A program made the position numbers and the translations under genes. This document shows positions 55,628-64,000 of a stretch of 64,000 nt of DNA, in pieces. The notes under the pieces are model-generated. The model saw nothing but the letters and a program-made list of their open reading frames with translations. It was not told the origin of the DNA and made no database searches. The number at the start of each line of letters is the position of its first letter. The stretch's first letter is position 1. The DNA is taken from positions 15,577 to 79,576 of the forward strand of contig DAME01000004.1 of assembly GCA_002499545.1 (NCBI GenBank), written 5' to 3'. Source of the stretch: Euryarchaeota archaeon UBA88 (GTDB lineage Archaea; Thermoplasmatota; Poseidoniia; Poseidoniales; Poseidoniaceae).

Positions 55628-57307
55628 ATGCGAACTACCCTATCCATCACCCTGCTGCTCCTCCTCTCGTCGCTTAGCGGACTGGCAGTCGTTCACGCTC
55701 AACCACCCAGCGACGGAATGTCAGTGACCGTTTCAGCAGATGAAACTTGGAGCAATCCAGCATCGATGGACGGAAATCTCATTGTCGCCAGTGGAGCGAC
55801 GCTCACCATTGAAGATGAACTTTCAATTTCCAAAGACAGCACCATCACTGTTGACGAAGGTGGAACCCTGGTCTTAACCGGTGAACTCACTGGTGCAGAT
55901 TTGGACGCTGGAATTGCAACTGGTTTTGGCATGACTGAATTACACTTGAATTTCGGAGACCTCGCTGATACAGGCCAAGTCCGAATCAACTTTGACCAAA
56001 CAATTCCTGACACTGCAATGCTCAACGTAACTGTTGGAGATTCGACTATTGACGCTGTAGGAAGCGACCACGTATCCATTGACGCATCGCTCAACGGCAG
56101 TGATATCGTCGTGGAATTACACACCTATTACGTGTTCCAAATTCAAGTCACATCGGTTCAGGCATTGCATTCGGGAAGTTCAGGACCAGCCATTATTCAA
56201 GCAGAAAATATCAACCACTCCAACGGAACCTTGGTGTGGAACAGTGCCTCATTCGACATGAATATCCAAGGAAGTTTCGAGGCATCCGGTGCCGTTATTT
56301 ATGGCGCTGATATTGTGTGTGGAGGCTCGTGTGAGTTCACTACAAGTTCACTGATTGGGAGTGCTCCAGTCAACGTTGAAAATGGAACTTCCATCACCGT
56401 TGAACAATCCTTGATTCAAGGAAGTCGAAGTGATGAAGACATCATAGTGCACGACCTTGCAGAAATTACCTACACCAACACGACCGGTACGGGTGGGTTC
56501 ACCGATGGATGGATTCGACTTCTCTCTCAACGAGTGATTAACAGCAATGCTGGAAACATGACCGTACATCAAACCGGAATCGGTTACGGTGGATATGACC
56601 GTGACGACATTACCAGTGAAGATGGAAGTGTTGATATCGGCGGCAGTGAATTCAGTCGAATCGTCGAATGGCTTGACCCAAATGGCGTATATCACAGCGA
56701 AGATGCTGAAATTACGTTCACGCTCAGTTCAGGATGGGGTGATTTCGCACTTACCATCGACGCTCCAATGACGCCTATCGCGGAAGTCACGGTCCCACTC
56801 CCATACATCGAAGTTGTATCCATTGACTTAGAAGATACCACTGCTGATGTAGGACGGAGTATTGGTGGAATGGTGAAGGTTCGGAACACTGGTGGAGCGT
56901 CCGCTATCGTGAACATCTGGTGTTACATTGACGGAAACCTCACTTCGACCACATCACTCACAACGACGCTTGAACCCAATCAAGAAAAGGAGTTACCGGT
57001 CTCATGGTGGGCGAACTCTGCCGGGCCACAAATCCTCACGTGCAAGACCCTGATTCCCGATATTCTTGATTCAGTTGCCGAAGAAATCACCAACCTTCAA
57101 GGTGGCAACTCTGGCGAAGTAGGATGGATTGATGTTGAAGAAAGTGAAGACGTACCCATCCTCGTATTCGCACTGATTGCAGTCATGGTGATCGTTGCCA
57201 CCATGCTCTTGGTACGGAACATCAACAGAACCGAAGAAAAGCAATACATCGAGAATGTAGAAACTCCTGAAACTATTTGGGACAAGACATCTTCAGAAGA
57301 AGAGTGA
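55628..57307 (+). CDS. Surface protein: signal peptide, beta-helix-like N-region, CARDB-like module, C-terminal TM anchor
   Basis: Signal peptide TLSITLLLLLSSLSGLAVVHA. LIVASGATLTIEDELSISKDSTITVDEGGTLVL resembles the N-region of the 1455 aa beta-helix protein. CARDB-like GGMVKVRNTGGASAIVNIWCYIDG. TM helix ILVFALIAVMVIVATMLLV. The acidic tail ends SSEEE. Confidence 0.6.
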   Translation: MRTTLSITLLLLLSSLSGLAVVHAQPPSDGMSVTVSADETWSNPASMDGNLIVASGATLTIEDELSISKDSTITVDEGGTLVLTGELTGADLDAGIATGFGMTELHLNFGDLADTGQVRINFDQTIPDTAMLNVTVGDSTIDAVGSDHVSIDASLNGSDIVVELHTYYVFQIQVTSVQALHSGSSGPAIIQAENINHSNGTLVWNSASFDMNIQGSFEASGAVIYGADIVCGGSCEFTTSSLIGSAPVNVENGTSITVEQSLIQGSRSDEDIIVHDLAEITYTNTTGTGGFTDGWIRLLSQRVINSNAGNMTVHQTGIGYGGYDRDDITSEDGSVDIGGSEFSRIVEWLDPNGVYHSEDAEITFTLSSGWGDFALTIDAPMTPIAEVTVPLPYIEVVSIDLEDTTADVGRSIGGMVKVRNTGGASAIVNIWCYIDGNLTSTTSLTTTLEPNQEKELPVSWWANSAGPQILTCKTLIPDILDSVAEEITNLQGGNSGEVGWIDVEESEDVPILVFALIAVMVIVATMLLVRNINRTEEKQYIENVETPETIWDKTSSEEE

Positions 57308-57336
57308 GTTCAAACAATGATTCGATGGGGTATGTA

Positions 57337-58587
57337 TCAGCAGGTTTCCATCGTTCGTTGGGCCTTGTCGGAATCAAAATCAAGTTCCCACGAATTGCTG
57401 CTAACATAAATGCCAGTTGCTGAAGAATCTTGATCAGTCATACCTTCATAGAACTCGTTGGAAATGATGATTTCAAACGTATAACAACCAGCGCCTTCAT
57501 AGAACGAATCTTTCTGTAAGTATTCCGTGTTGAGCGAGTCCGTAGCAGTTCCAGGAAGCCCAAGCCAGCCGTTGGTCTTGCCGCTCTTTGAGCCTCCAAC
57601 ACTGCTGGACCACGTTGCATCTAATCCATCCACGGAAATGAGTGGAGAAGTGTACCGAGTGGTTGTCCCCTCCTTGACAGCGAGTTGAACGGTATAGTCT
57701 GATGCCAGAGCAAGAAGTTTCAGGTTGGTCATGGAATGCTCGCCACCCTCCAGTGTACCCTCGTCTGGATTGAACAGTCCAAAGATTGATTCGACGATGA
57801 GGCCGTCGACTTCAGTCGTGGTTGTACTCCCCGATGTTTGGGTCTTGAGAACCTCACTAATTCGTGCACCTGAATTGAGTACTTCACGGTTCATTATCGA
57901 ATCGGTGATGGTAGCAGACGCGGTTTGGTCGTCATCAGAGACAACATCAATCACGTATGATTTGAGTGATGCTACTGTATAGTCTTGGGCATTGCCCTCA
58001 AAGAAGGCGCTGAAGGGTGCTTTGAATTTCACTCGATCGTTCGAGAGTTCCTTGGTATCCGACCACACCTCTGCCCCATCAACGCTAATGGTAGCAGTTG
58101 CTGAGTCAAACGTACCTCGTACATAGAAAGTGACTTCATTGCTTTCTTCACTCATCCCAATTTCTGTGAGAGCCATTGATGAATCGGATGGTACCATGAC
58201 AAGTGCAACATATGGACCTGCAGCGACCAGAAGGGCGATAACGACTGAAATGCCGATCTTAACGGTGTTCAGTTCACCTCCCAGCAAGCGGTCTGACTGT
58301 ACCAGCAAGCCGATTCCGACAAGGAGAACGACACAGACAATCAAGAGACCAGCCGCACCACCTTGGAGGGCTAAAATACCACCAAGTAAGATTCCAACCC
58401 ATCCTGCAATGTTGAGCTTTTGCGACAAGTCTGGATTTGCCTCGGAAGCGACTTGTGACGGAACTTTAGAGTTCTTCGATACCGAGTCGCCCGTGGAGAC
58501 TGCGACTGGTTTAGGTTTCGTGGCTACAACTTTTGTTGCCTCATCTTCAGTCTTGCTCGCATTAGCTTTGTCAAGTAATCCACCCAT
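57337..58587 (-). CDS. Membrane protein (3-4 TM after a Lys/Ser-rich N-region) with ~280 aa external domain, hypothetical
   Basis: TM helices IAGWVGILLGGILAL, GLLIVCVVLLVGIGLLV and ISVVIALLVAAGPYVALVMV. ATG 58587 is preceded by AGGGGA plus 6 nt. The ORF-track start at 58593 is TTG. Confidence 0.5.
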   Translation of the reverse strand: MGGLLDKANASKTEDEATKVVATKPKPVAVSTGDSVSKNSKVPSQVASEANPDLSQKLNIAGWVGILLGGILALQGGAAGLLIVCVVLLVGIGLLVQSDRLLGGELNTVKIGISVVIALLVAAGPYVALVMVPSDSSMALTEIGMSEESNEVTFYVRGTFDSATATISVDGAEVWSDTKELSNDRVKFKAPFSAFFEGNAQDYTVASLKSYVIDVVSDDDQTASATITDSIMNREVLNSGARISEVLKTQTSGSTTTTEVDGLIVESIFGLFNPDEGTLEGGEHSMTNLKLLALASDYTVQLAVKEGTTTRYTSPLISVDGLDATWSSSVGGSKSGKTNGWLGLPGTATDSLNTEYLQKDSFYEGAGCYTFEIIISNEFYEGMTDQDSSATGIYVSSNSWELDFDSDKAQRTMETC

Positions 58588-58687
58588 CGTCAATCCCCTG
58601 TATACCGCCGTTTAGCGAAGGGGATTATCAAGGCGACCCCTCTTGGAGTCAAGAATCGTTGATTCAACGGGCAGGTACGGTAAGCCG

Positions 58688-59614
58688 TTACAGCCCGGGT
58701 GCGGATTCATACCACACGCCTTCCTCTTCTTCCCTGTCATCCGCCAGTCGCCGTCCGGCAACTGCCGCTGCAAGAGCGAGCATTGAGAGGGCAGGAACTA
58801 CTTCGAAACCTGGCAGATAGACACCACGGACGTAGACGGTGATCATTTGAGATTCACGAAGGCATCCACCGTTGTTGCATGCGAATTCAGATTCTGCGTA
58901 GAAGTCGAGAACGTGGTATGCATCGCTCCAGCCTTGGGTTTTCGGTGTTCGTGCCATGACTCGAACTTTGGTTGCGGTTGGGATAGCGTCAATTTGCACC
59001 TTCACAGCTGGCAAGTTAATGGTGAAACCTGCTTCTTCGAGTGATTCACGGCTTGATTCGGAAATACCGACCTTCATGAAATCAATCTGGTTTCCAAGAT
59101 TGTACACTTTGAACTCAAAGTTCTTGTCTTTCTTGGGCATGAGTTGAACGAAAGGTTCGACTGCTTCGACCTGAACCAGTGAATACTGCATGATGTTGAC
59201 AATCATGTTGTTCTGAGACGAAGCGGTATTTGGTGGAGGCAAGCTGTTGATTTCTTGAACTTGAGCAGACACGGAAAGAGTACGACTTTGCATGACCATG
59301 TACGGAGTTGCACGGACTGAAATCTGGAAATCGACTTCAGAACCTGCGCCAATGTACATGTCACCAGGCGCTGCAGTCGCTAATCCGTCGCTTGTGACAA
59401 GAATACTGATCTTTTCTTGCCAGGTGGTAGGATTGCTAGCGGTACAGGTGGTAAATCCGTTGTACGTCGAACCTGGCTTTACTTCAATGTTAATCGAAAT
59501 GGGTGCACAGGAAAGTGATACTGCGGCGGTCGGAGCCTGAGCGGATGCGGGAACTGCAACGAGCATCACTGAACAGAGGTAAAGGGCAATTAGAAACAGA
59601 GCACGCTTTAGCAT
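58688..59614 (-). CDS. Secreted protein with PGF-CTERM-like C-terminal sorting/anchor signal
   Basis: Signal peptide MLKRALFLIALYLCSVMLVAVPASAQA. The C-terminus is LPGFEVVPALSMLALAAAVAGRRL followed by ADDREEEEGVWYESAPGL. ATG 59614 is preceded by AGGTGG (59620-59625) plus 5 nt. The ORF-track GTG 59623 lies inside that SD. Confidence 0.6.
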   Translation of the reverse strand: MLKRALFLIALYLCSVMLVAVPASAQAPTAAVSLSCAPISINIEVKPGSTYNGFTTCTASNPTTWQEKISILVTSDGLATAAPGDMYIGAGSEVDFQISVRATPYMVMQSRTLSVSAQVQEINSLPPPNTASSQNNMIVNIMQYSLVQVEAVEPFVQLMPKKDKNFEFKVYNLGNQIDFMKVGISESSRESLEEAGFTINLPAVKVQIDAIPTATKVRVMARTPKTQGWSDAYHVLDFYAESEFACNNGGCLRESQMITVYVRGVYLPGFEVVPALSMLALAAAVAGRRLADDREEEEGVWYESAPGL

Positions 59615-59679
59615 ATTGGCCACCTATCAATCAAGCCCAGTGATGAGACCCTCATAACCGTTGTGCCAAGATGGCTCGT

Positions 59680-59684
59680 AAAAA
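59680..59684 (-). terminator. Oligo-T tract downstream of the tRNA (candidate archaeal terminator)
   Basis: The minus strand reads GTGTTTTTAC. The T5 run begins 23 nt after the tRNA 3' end. Confidence 0.3.
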
Positions 59685-59706
59685 CACCGAGGTTGGTGGT
59701 TGAGAA

Positions 59707-59780
59707 GTGGGCCTGAAGGGATTTGAACCCTTGGCCGCCCGGTTATGAGCCGGGTGCTCTAACCAACTAAGCTACAGGCC
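59707..59780 (-). tRNA. tRNA with anticodon CAT (elongator Met or AUA-reading Ile2); not an initiator
   Basis: The reverse complement reads GGGCCTGTAGCTTAGTTGGTTAGAGCACCCGGCTCATAACCGGGCGGCCAAGGGTTCAAATCCCTTCAGGCCCA. It has a 7 bp acceptor stem GGGCCTG/CAGGCCC, anticodon stem CCCGG/CCGGG, loop CTCATAA, T-arm AAGGG-TTCAAAT-CCCTT and discriminator A. G1-C72 and the lack of a GGG/CCC anticodon stem argue against an initiator. CCA is not encoded. Confidence 0.95.
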
Positions 59781-59825
59781 CCAATCTAAAGCGGGAGACC
59801 ACAATCTCAAGAACTTACCTCTCCG

Positions 59826-61127
59826 TCACTCAAACTGTGAAAGGGAAGACTGAGAGGGTTTAATCCATTCTCGTACACTGACTTCAATTTCATCTCGGAC
59901 TGACTCAGGAACAAATACCAAGGCTCGTTCCTGTGGTTGTGTTAACGAACGGATAAGAGGCGAATGGTCCGCTGCATCTCGACCGTCCTCAAGCATGATG
60001 CCTTGTTCATAGGGCATGTATCCACGCTTGGAGATTCGCGCCGTAATCACGTCCATCGAAGACGAGTACCCAAGCCGTTCAATAAGTTCGTTCAATCGAG
60101 AAAGAACGACGCTGACCATTTCGGTCGTCAGACCCTCAATCCGTAATGACTTATGGAAATCCCGTCGCGATAAAAGACGCTTCGCATAGTGAGACAGTTC
60201 CGTATCGGGATGCTCGGCCCAATCAGGTAGGGCAACCCGAATGTGCGAGTCATTCAATGCTGCGTAGCCTTTTGCATCCAGCGACGTATTCATCAGCATG
60301 TTGTGCAGTGAAGGCGTAAGTTCGAGTGTTTGATGCCCAGCAAGATAGCGGGCCCGAGCCAACATTCGCACCAAATAATTTTGAGTCAGCATGTTGACTT
60401 TGTGGAAATAGACTTGATGGTACATGTGGTACCGAGTTACGAGGTATGCTTCAATAGCCGGAAGACCCCAGGACTTGACGTAAAAATGACCGTCTTCTCC
60501 AACTCGCAATGCTCGAATGACTCGTGCCACATCAAATCCACCAATTTGAGCCCCCGTATTGGCTTGGTCGCGAATCATGTAATCCATTCTGTCAACGTCC
60601 AATTGACTGGCAACGATTTCTTTCATGAATGCGGGAATTGGGACCCCTGCATGTTCACTTTGACCGTCTAGAAGCGCAAATAATCGGTCTCGACGGCTTG
60701 AACCGAGAACATCAACCAATGCTTGGCCTACTTCTGTTTCATCGGAAGCGAGTAAGACCCGACCCCAGTGTTCGTGTGAATGATAGGTCGCAAATACATC
60801 GGGTGTTTCTAAAAGATGGGAAAAAGGCGGATGGCCAATATCATGGAGCAAGGCTGCTAACTGAATCAATTCTGCATCGTCTTTGGAAACGAGGTCTGGT
60901 TGCGCTTCGCCAAGTGATTGTAACAGTTGCCCTGCAAGGTGATAAGCACCCAATGAATGAGAAAAGCGGCTGTGGTTTGCTGCCGGAAACACATACTCGC
61001 ATGTCGACAGTTGCTGTATAGATCGAAGACGCTGGAATTCGCGAGTATCAATAATTTTCGCGTGGTTCGCAGGGACGAGAATATCTTTGTGAATCTCATC
61101 ACGAATCACTCGGTCACGCATGGCCAT
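59826..61127 (-). CDS. HD-domain phosphohydrolase (COG1078 / dNTP triphosphohydrolase-like)
   Basis: FQRLRSIQQL...RFSHSLGAYHLA and AALLHDIGHPPFSH form an HD motif. DVDRMDYMIRD lies downstream. ATG 61127 or 61121 is preferred over the 61244 extension. Confidence 0.8.
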   Translation of the reverse strand: MAMRDRVIRDEIHKDILVPANHAKIIDTREFQRLRSIQQLSTCEYVFPAANHSRFSHSLGAYHLAGQLLQSLGEAQPDLVSKDDAELIQLAALLHDIGHPPFSHLLETPDVFATYHSHEHWGRVLLASDETEVGQALVDVLGSSRRDRLFALLDGQSEHAGVPIPAFMKEIVASQLDVDRMDYMIRDQANTGAQIGGFDVARVIRALRVGEDGHFYVKSWGLPAIEAYLVTRYHMYHQVYFHKVNMLTQNYLVRMLARARYLAGHQTLELTPSLHNMLMNTSLDAKGYAALNDSHIRVALPDWAEHPDTELSHYAKRLLSRRDFHKSLRIEGLTTEMVSVVLSRLNELIERLGYSSSMDVITARISKRGYMPYEQGIMLEDGRDAADHSPLIRSLTQPQERALVFVPESVRDEIEVSVREWIKPSQSSLSQFE

Positions 61128-61244
61128 CCCCACAATGCCGTCTGCTTTTCCGTTAAAAAGAACCCGCTTTGTTCTGCGATTACGGTAAGTGAAACCGTTA
61201 TTGCGAAGCACAAGGCCTAAACATCGAACAGCAGTGACCCACAC

Positions 61245-62999
61245 ATGGCAGATGCTCTCAAGGACATAATGCTAAAAATAACGGATGAAAATCCCGCAAC
61301 ACGTGGCCAGAAACTCTGGGTCATGTTCGCTCTTGCAATGTTCTTGGTAGCATCGCTGAACTGGTATGCCATGGTCCGTGAACCCAAAGTTGTCGATATC
61401 GAAGATTTGATTGAGCACACCAACACCGTTGTCATCGTCGAGGGGAAGGTCATTTCTTGGATTGAAGACAGGTACGGCAACGGTGAAGACCGAGTCGATC
61501 TTGTTCTTGAAGATGAAACTGGTGTCATTCAAGTGCGATGGTTTTCGACTGGAACCATACCGCCAATCGGCACCAACGTCACAGTGATGGGCGATGTCGT
61601 GGATTATAACGGCCGATTTTTCCTTCAATCAACCGGTTCAGGCGCCATGTGGTGGGAAGCAAGCGACCTTCCAGTACTTGAACGAGTCTCGCTTTCTGAC
61701 CTCGCAGTTGCCCCAACCGATTACATCGATCAAATCGTCACTGTAACCGGGTTTATCGGAGAATCGATTAGCCCCGATGCTATCTACACCTCAGCCTATC
61801 TCACCGACCATCCAGGAAACGCTGCCCATCAAATGCAATTGTTGATTCAATCTGCAACTGGTCGGTGGATTGAAAGCGACTCAAAAGTCGAAATTAGCGG
61901 CATACTCACCTACCAAGAAACAAGTCTGCGCTGGGCACTGCTCACTCAAGGACCCAACATTCTCATCGACAACAGTTACCAGCCACCCGTCAATCGACTC
62001 GATTGGTCGATGGAGTCTACTTGGAGCTATGATTCTGGATCTATGGTCAACATCGCCGGAACGCTCATCATCGAAGGAGGAGAATGGACCCTGTTTGGGC
62101 CCAGCGGAAATTCCGTATGCGTGATTCCAACGCAGGCTGACACGACTGCATCGCTGAACGGCTCCTACAACGGTACTGTGTTCGATGCACTTGGGCGTTT
62201 GATGTGGAGCGATGACAGAAATACATGGTGCATTGATGCGAATGAAGGTGGAGGTGAAAACCTCGTCAACCCAATGAGTGCGCTGACCATGCAAGCACTT
62301 CTGTCCGCAGACCCCGCCTCAATGCTTGTGACTCCAGATAAAACATACACCATCAACACGTACATGAAGTATGCATTTGAGCCTCTCGACACTGAAGGAT
62401 ACTTCGTAGATACCCAAACCTACACCTTTGGACAAACAACCATTGCGATGACATTCCCCGGCGCCCGGACTGAATGGATTGAAGCAGGTCAAGGTATCGT
62501 AGCGAACGTTACCGTCGCATGGGATGACAGCGACATGCGGATGCGCCTCATGGTCAGTTCATACAACCTCACCGGCAGCCCACCTTCCCCTTCGACGCTG
62601 TTGTGGGATGACGGTGCTACGCAGTGGGGTTATTCAAAAAATCAATTCGTTCTGTTGGATGGAAAAGCCGTTCAACGCGACGATGGATGGTACCTCGAAC
62701 GACCAGGTTCTGAACAATCGGTCAAGTTGAACGTTCAGCTCAATGCCATTGGCACCGATTCACTGCACGAAAATCAATCACTTACTTGGACTGGTCGACT
62801 GCGTGAAATCGAACATCCTACGCAACTCGCCATCGTGTTTTCACTCGATGAGGCTGACGCATTGGACACCGACGGCGACCGATTAGGCAACAGCCTCGAG
62901 GATGCAACTGGATACAACCCCTATGCCGCAGATTCTGACGGTGATGGTGTCGATGACCGACAAGAACTCATCGATAGCCAAGAGGCTGCGAACGCTTGA
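61245..62999 (+). CDS. N-terminally anchored external protein with OB-fold-like modules and a calcium-repeat C-terminus
   Basis: TM helix LWVMFALAMFLVASLNWYAMV. OB-like segments VVIVEGKVISWIEDRYG...VDLVLEDETGVIQVRW...VTVMGDVVDYNGRFFLQ and IVTVTGFIGESISP...VEISGILTYQETSLRWAL. The C-terminus is DTDGDRLGNSLEDATGYNPYAADSDGDGVDDRQE. Confidence 0.5.
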   Translation: MADALKDIMLKITDENPATRGQKLWVMFALAMFLVASLNWYAMVREPKVVDIEDLIEHTNTVVIVEGKVISWIEDRYGNGEDRVDLVLEDETGVIQVRWFSTGTIPPIGTNVTVMGDVVDYNGRFFLQSTGSGAMWWEASDLPVLERVSLSDLAVAPTDYIDQIVTVTGFIGESISPDAIYTSAYLTDHPGNAAHQMQLLIQSATGRWIESDSKVEISGILTYQETSLRWALLTQGPNILIDNSYQPPVNRLDWSMESTWSYDSGSMVNIAGTLIIEGGEWTLFGPSGNSVCVIPTQADTTASLNGSYNGTVFDALGRLMWSDDRNTWCIDANEGGGENLVNPMSALTMQALLSADPASMLVTPDKTYTINTYMKYAFEPLDTEGYFVDTQTYTFGQTTIAMTFPGARTEWIEAGQGIVANVTVAWDDSDMRMRLMVSSYNLTGSPPSPSTLLWDDGATQWGYSKNQFVLLDGKAVQRDDGWYLERPGSEQSVKLNVQLNAIGTDSLHENQSLTWTGRLREIEHPTQLAIVFSLDEADALDTDGDRLGNSLEDATGYNPYAADSDGDGVDDRQELIDSQEAANA

Positions 63000-63008
63000 G
63001 GTGACACC

Positions 63009-64000
63009 ATGCTTGAAGCCTACTTTCATGAACTGAGTTGGATGCTTGCAGCTCTGTTCTTCGGAGTTGGAATGGGTACATTGACTGGGATCATTCCGGG
63101 ATTCCACGTCAACAATGTTGCGCTGATTTTACTCGCTTTGGCGCCTGCTCTGCTCGATTTGGGAATTCCTCTTTCAGCTGTTGCGGGAATCATTGTTTCA
63201 ACAGGTACAGTGCACACATTCCTCAACTACATTCCATCCGCTTTAATCGGCGCCCCAGATGCAGATCAAGCACTCTCTCTACTACCGGGTCACCGCATGC
63301 TGATTTCCGGAAACGCTGCACGTGGAGTTGCGTACTCTGCCAGAGGTTCTCAACTTGGTTTATTCCTTTCACTACCATTGATTGTGCTGGCACGCATCGC
63401 CTTTGGCCCTGAACTTGGATGGTATGACCAACTTCGATCGGTTCTTCCATTCATTTTGCTGACGATTTCAATCCTACTTCTCGCCACTGAAACAACACGA
63501 CTCGATTGGCCAAAGTGGATTCAAACAATCACTCGTGGGAGACTTGGAACCGATTCACGCGTCGCTGGTTTCGTCTCCGCAACTGCCTTCTTCTTGCTCT
63601 CGGGCTTCTTTGGATGGACCGTGCTGGGTGACTCATCACTTCCCGCATCTTCCCCAGTTGGAATGCCGGGGGCTAGTTTACTACTGCCAAGTCTCGCTGG
63701 GCTGTTCGGAATTGCGAACCTGCTCGACATCTATGCAACGACTTCTCACCTCCCTCCACAGAAAGAAAACTGGGATTTACCACCGGTCAAACCTCTGATT
63801 ATGCCGTGCTTTTGGTCGGGTGTTGCAGGTGCATCGATGGGAGTTTTGCCCGGCATGACCGCATCGCAAGCTACGGTTCTGGTGATGGGTGGTCGAAACG
63901 TCGCTGCAAAACTTCAGGGTAAGCAAGGGTTTGGAATGGATTGGGAAACACGAAGGCTCACCGACATGACTGATGACGAACTCTTGGAAGTCGCTAAAGC
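63009..64000 (+). CDS. 3'-truncated polytopic membrane protein, TctA/DUF112-like (COG1784)
   Basis: This gene is absent from the ORF track because no stop is reached. My translation from ATG 63009 (MLEAYFHELSWMLAALFFGVGMGTLTGIIPGFHVNNVALILLALAP...LLPGHRMLISGNAARGVAYS...) stays open to base 64000. The G-x-IPG-x-H-x-N and LPGHRML motifs resemble the TctA-family pattern. Confidence 0.45.
   Translation, partial: MLEAYFHELSWMLAALFFGVGMGTLTGIIPGFHVNNVALILLALAPALLDLGIPLSAVAGIIVSTGTVHTFLNYIPSALIGAPDADQALSLLPGHRMLISGNAARGVAYSARGSQLGLFLSLPLIVLARIAFGPELGWYDQLRSVLPFILLTISILLLATETTRLDWPKWIQTITRGRLGTDSRVAGFVSATAFFLLSGFFGWTVLGDSSLPASSPVGMPGASLLLPSLAGLFGIANLLDIYATTSHLPPQKENWDLPPVKPLIMPCFWSGVAGASMGVLPGMTASQATVLVMGGRNVAAKLQGKQGFGMDWETRRLTDMTDDELLEVAK

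Noticed and set aside
59636-59714. Possible C/D box sRNA between the tRNA and the PGF-CTERM gene. GTGATGA is at about 59638-59644 and CTGA at 59711-59714 on the plus strand.
   Set aside because: The spacing (~75 nt) is long. I found no convincing internal D'/C' boxes. The CTGA lies inside the tRNA on the opposite strand, and no terminal stem is evident. The GTGATGAG...CTCATAAC imperfect hairpin is short and may be fortuitous.
59624-61244. tRNA-associated integrated element (the tRNA gene as an att site).
   Set aside because: No integrase, recombinase, transposase or viral gene lies anywhere in the window. I could not spot a direct repeat of the tRNA 3' half, and the flanking genes look like ordinary chromosomal genes.

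Overview
This is an archaeal chromosome segment. The archaeal markers are archaeosine synthase ArcS, CDP-archaeol synthase CarS, an STT3/AglB oligosaccharyltransferase, ribosomal protein S15P/S13e, an archaeal-type GluRS and class III (pilin-like) signal peptides. The genetic code is standard, since TAA, TAG and TGA all terminate genes, and Shine-Dalgarno sites of the GGAGGTG type are common. The window is very compact: 36 CDS (two truncated by the window edges) plus one tRNA, gaps mostly under 100 bp, and several convergent gene pairs that share or overlap stop codons. Housekeeping genes (rnhB, gltX, rps15, arcS, dnaJ, purD, carS, tRNA-CAT, an HD phosphohydrolase) are interspersed with many secreted or membrane-anchored proteins. 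By my coordinates these take about 42.3 kb of 64 kb (~66%). The most notable loci are: (1) a 3227-3246 aa AglB/STT3 oligosaccharyltransferase (WWDYG motif at 50411-50425) with about ten extra N-terminal TM helices, a ~2200 aa repeat-rich external extension and a terminal TM anchor; it is co-oriented with a membrane-anchored subtilisin, a 1455 aa beta-helix surface protein and a wHTH-STAND-TPR regulator. (2) A co-oriented, tightly spaced run of genes encoding a 1917 aa calcium-repeat/beta-propeller protein, a 1807 aa Asp-box surface protein, a small acidic protein and a metzincin-like lipoprotein. (3) A translationally coupled three-gene pilin-like cluster with no assembly ATPase or prepilin peptidase in the window. 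(4) A pyroglutamyl-peptidase/NUDIX fusion. (5) An rps15-linked degenerate DHH (RecJ/Cdc45-like) protein. (6) A PGF-CTERM-like sorting signal with an atypical acidic extension. No CRISPR array, transposase, integrase or rRNA was seen. The lineage guess (a marine planktonic Thermoplasmatota-like archaeon such as Poseidoniales/MGII) is inference only. All domain calls come from motif recognition by eye, not from database searches.
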